Assembly: GCA_004764695.1 (NCBI GenBank)
Contig: SMSO01000009.1
Location: 1 to 64,000 of the forward strand
Origin: Schizochytrium sp. TIO01
Taxonomy: Eukaryota; Protista; Bigyra: Labyrinthulomycetes
Length of the DNA: 64,000 nt
Direction: 5' to 3'
Below the pieces are notes generated by a model. That model made no database searches. It had not been told where the DNA came from and worked only from the letters and a program-made list of their open reading frames with translations. Positions 58,988 through 64,000 of this stretch are shown one piece after another; within the stretch, counting starts at the first letter, position 1, and each line of letters opens with the position of its first letter. A program made the position numbers and the translations under genes.

Positions 58988-60299
58988 GACTTGCTTAGTT
59001 GAGAGTGAGACTTGCTGCTGTCAAAAATATGTTTTCCCTCACGCTCTATCCTGACCCTTGGGAACGTTATTCCACAAAAGAGAAAAGCTGAAAAGTTTAA
59101 ATCAATATTCAGAAGACTTTCTAACTGTTCACAACTCATCTATAAATCCACGTTCCAATATAATACCATTTCTACTTAATCTTTCATAGATCCAGATTAT
59201 GCAAGACAAAAAGGTTCATCGGAATGCCACGAAAAATACTTTCGCGGGGAGTTTGGCAGCTGTCCTCGCGATCGTCAAATTCATCGCAACCAAAATATGA
59301 AGCAAAGCTAAATGCGATGAAAGTAAAATCTCGGGTTTGAGAATAAATGCCTATTTAGAGCGATGGCAAAGTTAAAAGAAGTTTTAGAGGCAATAGTGTC
59401 AAGAAAGTAGAGTATCAAGTTGTCCCTCAAGATTAGATTCGCACATACAATGCGGTGATGAAGTGTTGATATGATTTTTTTTTTCAGTCACTTTAAGCAA
59501 AATCAAATTAACATATTTGCAAAAATAATATGCACAAGGATGAAAAGCTTGGTGCACATTTTAGCTAAAAACTTAGTTTACCTACAAAGTACATTGGCCT
59601 TGAGAAGCGAGCCGCTGCGCAATGATCAACGTTCTTTTAAAAAAAAAAAAAGTTTTCATTTAAAGGTTTATTTAAAGTTTTAATACACCCTTTCCTGTAA
59701 ATGAAAACAAAGAAATGTTAAAATTATAATTTTTAATTAAAATATATTTATTAAAATAAAAGGGAATAAACTGAATTTTAGAAAATGAAAGTAATAAAAA
59801 ACTTAACATTTCTTTACAGCCAAACTTATCTACAAGAGATGTTTTACTTTTCTCTATCAGTAGCAGTTCTGACAATTATGGAGTGGATGCGGCTTAAAAG
59901 TAGTACAAGGTACGTTTTCGTCAAAACAACCAAAACACAAAGAACTCATTTTTAAATTTTACTTTTAGATTAAACGTTTTGTTTTGAAAATCAAATCTTT
60001 TAAACCTAAAATAAAAGTTTAACTAAAACAAAACAAAACAATTTTATTTTTATTTTCAATTTTAAACATTCCTGTTTTTATTTAATTTATATATAAATAA
60101 AAAAAAAGAAAAAAAGTTAAAAGGTGTGAAAGTATTTGCAATGGCAAATTTTTATATTGACAGAAATTATTGATGTAGCCTGACTGAGATCTTCCATATT
60201 TAAAGAGTCTAAACAATTTTGCGGTTTCACAAAATAGAGCATCTTCAGATCAAGGGTTGCACAATAGTATAGGCGCAGCTGCTTAGACATGTGACAAGC

Positions 60300-60960
60300 T
60301 GACTTGCTGTTTAGAAGCTCAATCCAAATGAATCATTGATGTGTAAAACTTTCCGAAACCAATATTTTTTAGCTCGTTAAGCATTTCAAATTGGTCATAA
60401 AGCTGTTCAACGTTGTTTGCTGCAGCATGTCTTTCTAGGAATAACATTTGTCTTTCAAAGATCCATGCGCAGAACACTCGGGTGATGATGTAGATTTGTT
60501 CGACGGGTGGGCTCTGTTGTACAATCAAAATTGTGCTTTCTTAGAGTGTATACTTTTTGTATGACCTCATCTATCAAAAACATCATCGGGGCCATTTTGC
60601 GAATGTTTTGGGCAACCACAACAAAGTCCAGCTTTCGTTTTGCTGAGACTTGCTAAAAAATAAATAAAATAGGGTTGCTTTTGCTGGAGGCAAGCTCAAT
60701 TTAAATTTGTCTCAAGTGATGTGCGTCCGATGAAGGCAAGTAATACAAATTTTCACAAGACTCTGAAGCAACAATTAAGTACTTTATACAAAGGTTTTCC
60801 AGTGTAATAGCAGAATTCAACAGCATGCCTTGTATGCATTAGACTATTTATTAAAAACGATATCATGGAGCTTGCTGCAAGCGGCAAAACCCATATAGAA
60901 GAAGGAATTTTAGATCTTGGTCCCTCCGTCCAGTTTTTATGTGGGTAGCTTTGGTCCATG
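60300..60960 (-). pseudogene. Possible decayed ADP-ribosyltransferase (ART/VIP2-like) gene
   Basis: AVEFCYYTGKPLYKVLNCCFR resembles the YT...Y..LN..LR helix; downstream NIRKMAPMMFLIDEVIQK; many stops. Confidence 0.3.
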
Positions 60961-63528
60961 TATATAAAATGGGTTCTATTCCTGTTCTACCCTGAGGCAG
61001 AGTAAAAATGCCTCTTATTGCTTCTATCTTAGTGTGAGAAGCCAACTATAACAGAGAATAGGTGTTTAAAATGGAGTTAAATTACCGATGACGCTAGAGT
61101 TAATTTTCATTTTAGACACTGTACCTGCTTTCCAGCTATCCTCCCATCCCTCCTCCGACGCAGGTTCAAAATATTTATAATAGATTCCAGAATGTTCGAA
61201 ATACAATATGCTGCAGCAATTTCGAAGCAAGTCTTCTGGCAACCAGAAATACTAGTCAAATGTACGGTAAGTACGCTTCGTGCCTGCACATCAAATTACC
61301 CTTTGCTTTTCGAAAAAATCGAAATAGATAACCTGTTTTGAAGGGGAAAACAGTGCAATAAGGAATTGCGCAAAGAATTACAGAATGTGCTTATTTTGTA
61401 ACTAGCCTTTTTCATGGCTAAGAAAGGTCATTTGTCAATCTGGAGATGCCACAAAGAGGAGCTCATAAAGGAAAAAAACAAAAATACATTTTGTGAGATC
61501 ACACCATAAAATATATAAAGAAGCAGCTATCGAATGATTTGCAACCTAATCTTTGACAGTGATGTGTTCGGGAGAAGGCACTTATTATTCACTGCATTTA
61601 ATACGCATAGCTTAAATACTTCAAAGTTTGCAGTGATCGTACAGCTTCGAAAGAAAAGAAGAGAGCCCCTCTCCAACTCAGAGAAGAGCAGTAGCAAGAT
61701 GCTGCGCAATCAAAACATACAAGATTTTGCTCTGACGTTAGTGTAGGTAAAGTAGTTGCTTGCAATCATAGTTCTCAACAGTTCTCAACAGTAGAATTGC
61801 AAGGACGCTAAGGTTCTGTTAGTCCTAGTTATACAAATCATCAACTAATGCTCTAGATAGATTAAACTATACTCTGTATTTTTATTCTTTAACGAAGTGT
61901 GGGAAGATCAAAAGGAAAAGCATCAGAACTTGAATCAAACTGCTCTAGGCGCTCCGGCCGTGCGCAGGTAGGCCTTAGTGGGTGGTTCGCTTGGCTTTAG
62001 CAAAGATGCTGGGTTGATTACCTGCGCTTGGAGGCTACGTAGCTTCCGGTTCCCTCTGCTTGGCCGCCAAACGAACGATGCTGTGACATCAGATCGCAGC
62101 AACTTTGACTCTGCGAGACTTCGACGAGGCTCGAGCTCGTGCCACCATCGCCGCTTTGACAAGCAAGGCCTCAGGTCCGCCATCAAGGGAAATGAATGTT
62201 CTCTGGAAAAAGTAATCGATGCTGTTCATAAGCTTGGTCAATCTCAGTATGTGACTGTTTTGCTCTTGGTTATGGGTTTGTGAAATTCGCTGCTCACTAG
62301 AGTAATAAACAATTATTCACAAACACGAGCGACTTCATAGGTGGCGAAAAAATCAATAATCATCATATCGAGTGGTTTTAGACCTGGAGATTGTGAGGTC
62401 TTTACTCTTATGCTTTGCACATTTTGGCCTGGATAATAGCCAATAAGAGACTTTTTGAAAATAAGGTTTTTGATTTTGGTTCCTTCATGGTGTAATACCT
62501 TTCACTACACAAACAATCACCGCAGTCACCATTGCAAATGCTTAAAGCAGGCATGAATTACGTTGTGCATTTGATTGGTTCATATGTATACGCTAGTGCT
62601 TCATATAGTTATAGAGTGTAATAATCTCAGTGTCTTTCGCACTGTGCACGAAAAGCAATCAGCTCTAGTATATTTTGGCATTGTCCTGTTGCAACAATTA
62701 CAACGTTGTATTATATTGTTAAGTTATGGCTTTGCTTTATTGGGCTAGTTAATACGTTCCTTGTAGCAGATATATGCTAAAGTACCAATAAAATAAAAAG
62801 CAGAATATAGTAAATCACGTTGTGGCTAGAGTTGCTCCTCCAGAATCCCAGATCAATTTAGGGGGCTGTAGATTGAAGCCAGGGCCCCTGGTACCTGCCT
62901 TTGTTTCGAAATGTAGTAATTGATGGATGTCTTCAGGGAAGCTTCTGAAGATTAAATTCCTTAAATTTGCTGAAGGGTATCTTCAACTTACAACTACTGC
63001 GCTGTTACCTTGAGAGTCCGCCACCAGGGCAAACGAAGAAGATGAAAATGAATTCTCGGGCCAGCGAATGGCGTTTGAAATGAACAATATACATCTCGCG
63101 ATTGAGAGTTGTGGTAAGCAGGAGCCCTTTTAAAAGCAAGTGTGACCTTTTCCTGTGAATCTTCTATTCAATTTACCGATATTTTTATGCGTAGTTTTCA
63201 TTTGTTTCTGCAAACGTGCTTTACAGAGAATGCAACTGCTGCCCCTGACTTTCCCTAGTAGATCATTCATTAATGCAAAGTGATTTTGTTTATTTATCTC
63301 TTTGTGCCTAATTTAGAATGCATTGCAAAAAATAGGATACATCAATTTTGTGATTCCCTATCATTTTTATTATTCAGGAATGTTGATAGTAAGCCAACGA
63401 CATCAGTACGTATGTCAAAAATGAACAGATTAACCCCGCTTTGTGTGGAGAACTGATATCATTGCTCAATTATTAGTGATTCATATCAAAGTACCAAAAA
63501 TGATTGGTTTGGGGGAAAAAAGGTAAAA

Positions 63529-63647
63529 AACATTCAACACCGGGGCTTCGCATGCAGTCCCCTATCATACTACTGACCCGGCCCTACGCGACTTTACTTC
63601 TCAGTGCGAATGAGATGAGGTGTTACCCGCGTGGTATGATCGAATGT
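63529..63647 (-). rRNA. 5S rRNA (copy 2)
   Basis: Coding sequence identical to 43999-44117; oligo-T terminator. Confidence 0.93.
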
Positions 63648-64000
63648 ATTGTACTGATGGTGTATAGTGTATATATACATAGTATTGAATGGGTTGTTGT
63701 TTACTTCTTACTTCTATGGCTATCTAGTTCATAGTAGGTAGTGCTAAGGGATAGTATTGCTGGAACTTCTGGAGCAATATCACTGCAAAAGATATTCTTT
63801 CTAGTAGTAGGTTTACTGAGATAGTAATAGTAGGACTTGAAAGAGCGAGAAAGAAAGGCATATGCAGAACCCGGTAAGGTTAGAGGTTCAAATTAGTAAA
63901 ATATTTTTTTATTTCAAGAGCATATTCAAAAGCATCTCCTTCTTATGGAAAACCTTAGTACTCCGTAAGTCAGAACGTGTGCAAGTTACCTTGCAAACCT

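Noticed and set aside
61945-62050. GC-rich inverted repeats (GCGCAGGTA/TACCTGCGC; GGAGGCTAC/GTAGCTTCC) suggesting a structured ncRNA
   Set aside because: No recognisable snRNA/SRP motifs, promoter or terminator; the stems are short enough to arise by chance.

Overview
Eukaryotic nuclear DNA from a thraustochytrid stramenopile; the 18S rRNA sequence looks Aurantiochytrium-like. The left half carries intronless genes for a heterotrimeric G-protein alpha subunit, a small Myb/SANT-like protein, tRNA-Ser(AGA), an ABCG half-transporter, a membrane-anchored tandem tubulin-tyrosine-ligase (TTL/ATP-grasp) protein, actin and a divergent ABC-F ATPase, plus about 12 kb of microsatellite-rich non-coding DNA. 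Between the TTL gene and actin lies a tandem array of 7 atypical, bacterial-looking tRNA-Val genes (6 GAC, 1 CAC) with ~165 bp period and alternating A/B spacers. A Crinkler-like coiled-coil + PD-(D/E)xK REase + protein-kinase gene (41211-43475) appears to have three decayed paralogues in this window (~3.6-4.2, ~22.1-24.3 and ~47.0-47.5 kb), one interrupted by a (CCTAA)6 telomere-like tract. The right third is a stable-RNA island: 5S, four intact tRNAs, one 18S-5.8S-28S unit, three damaged tRNA pseudogenes and a second 5S. All calls are from reading the sequence by eye; no searches were run.
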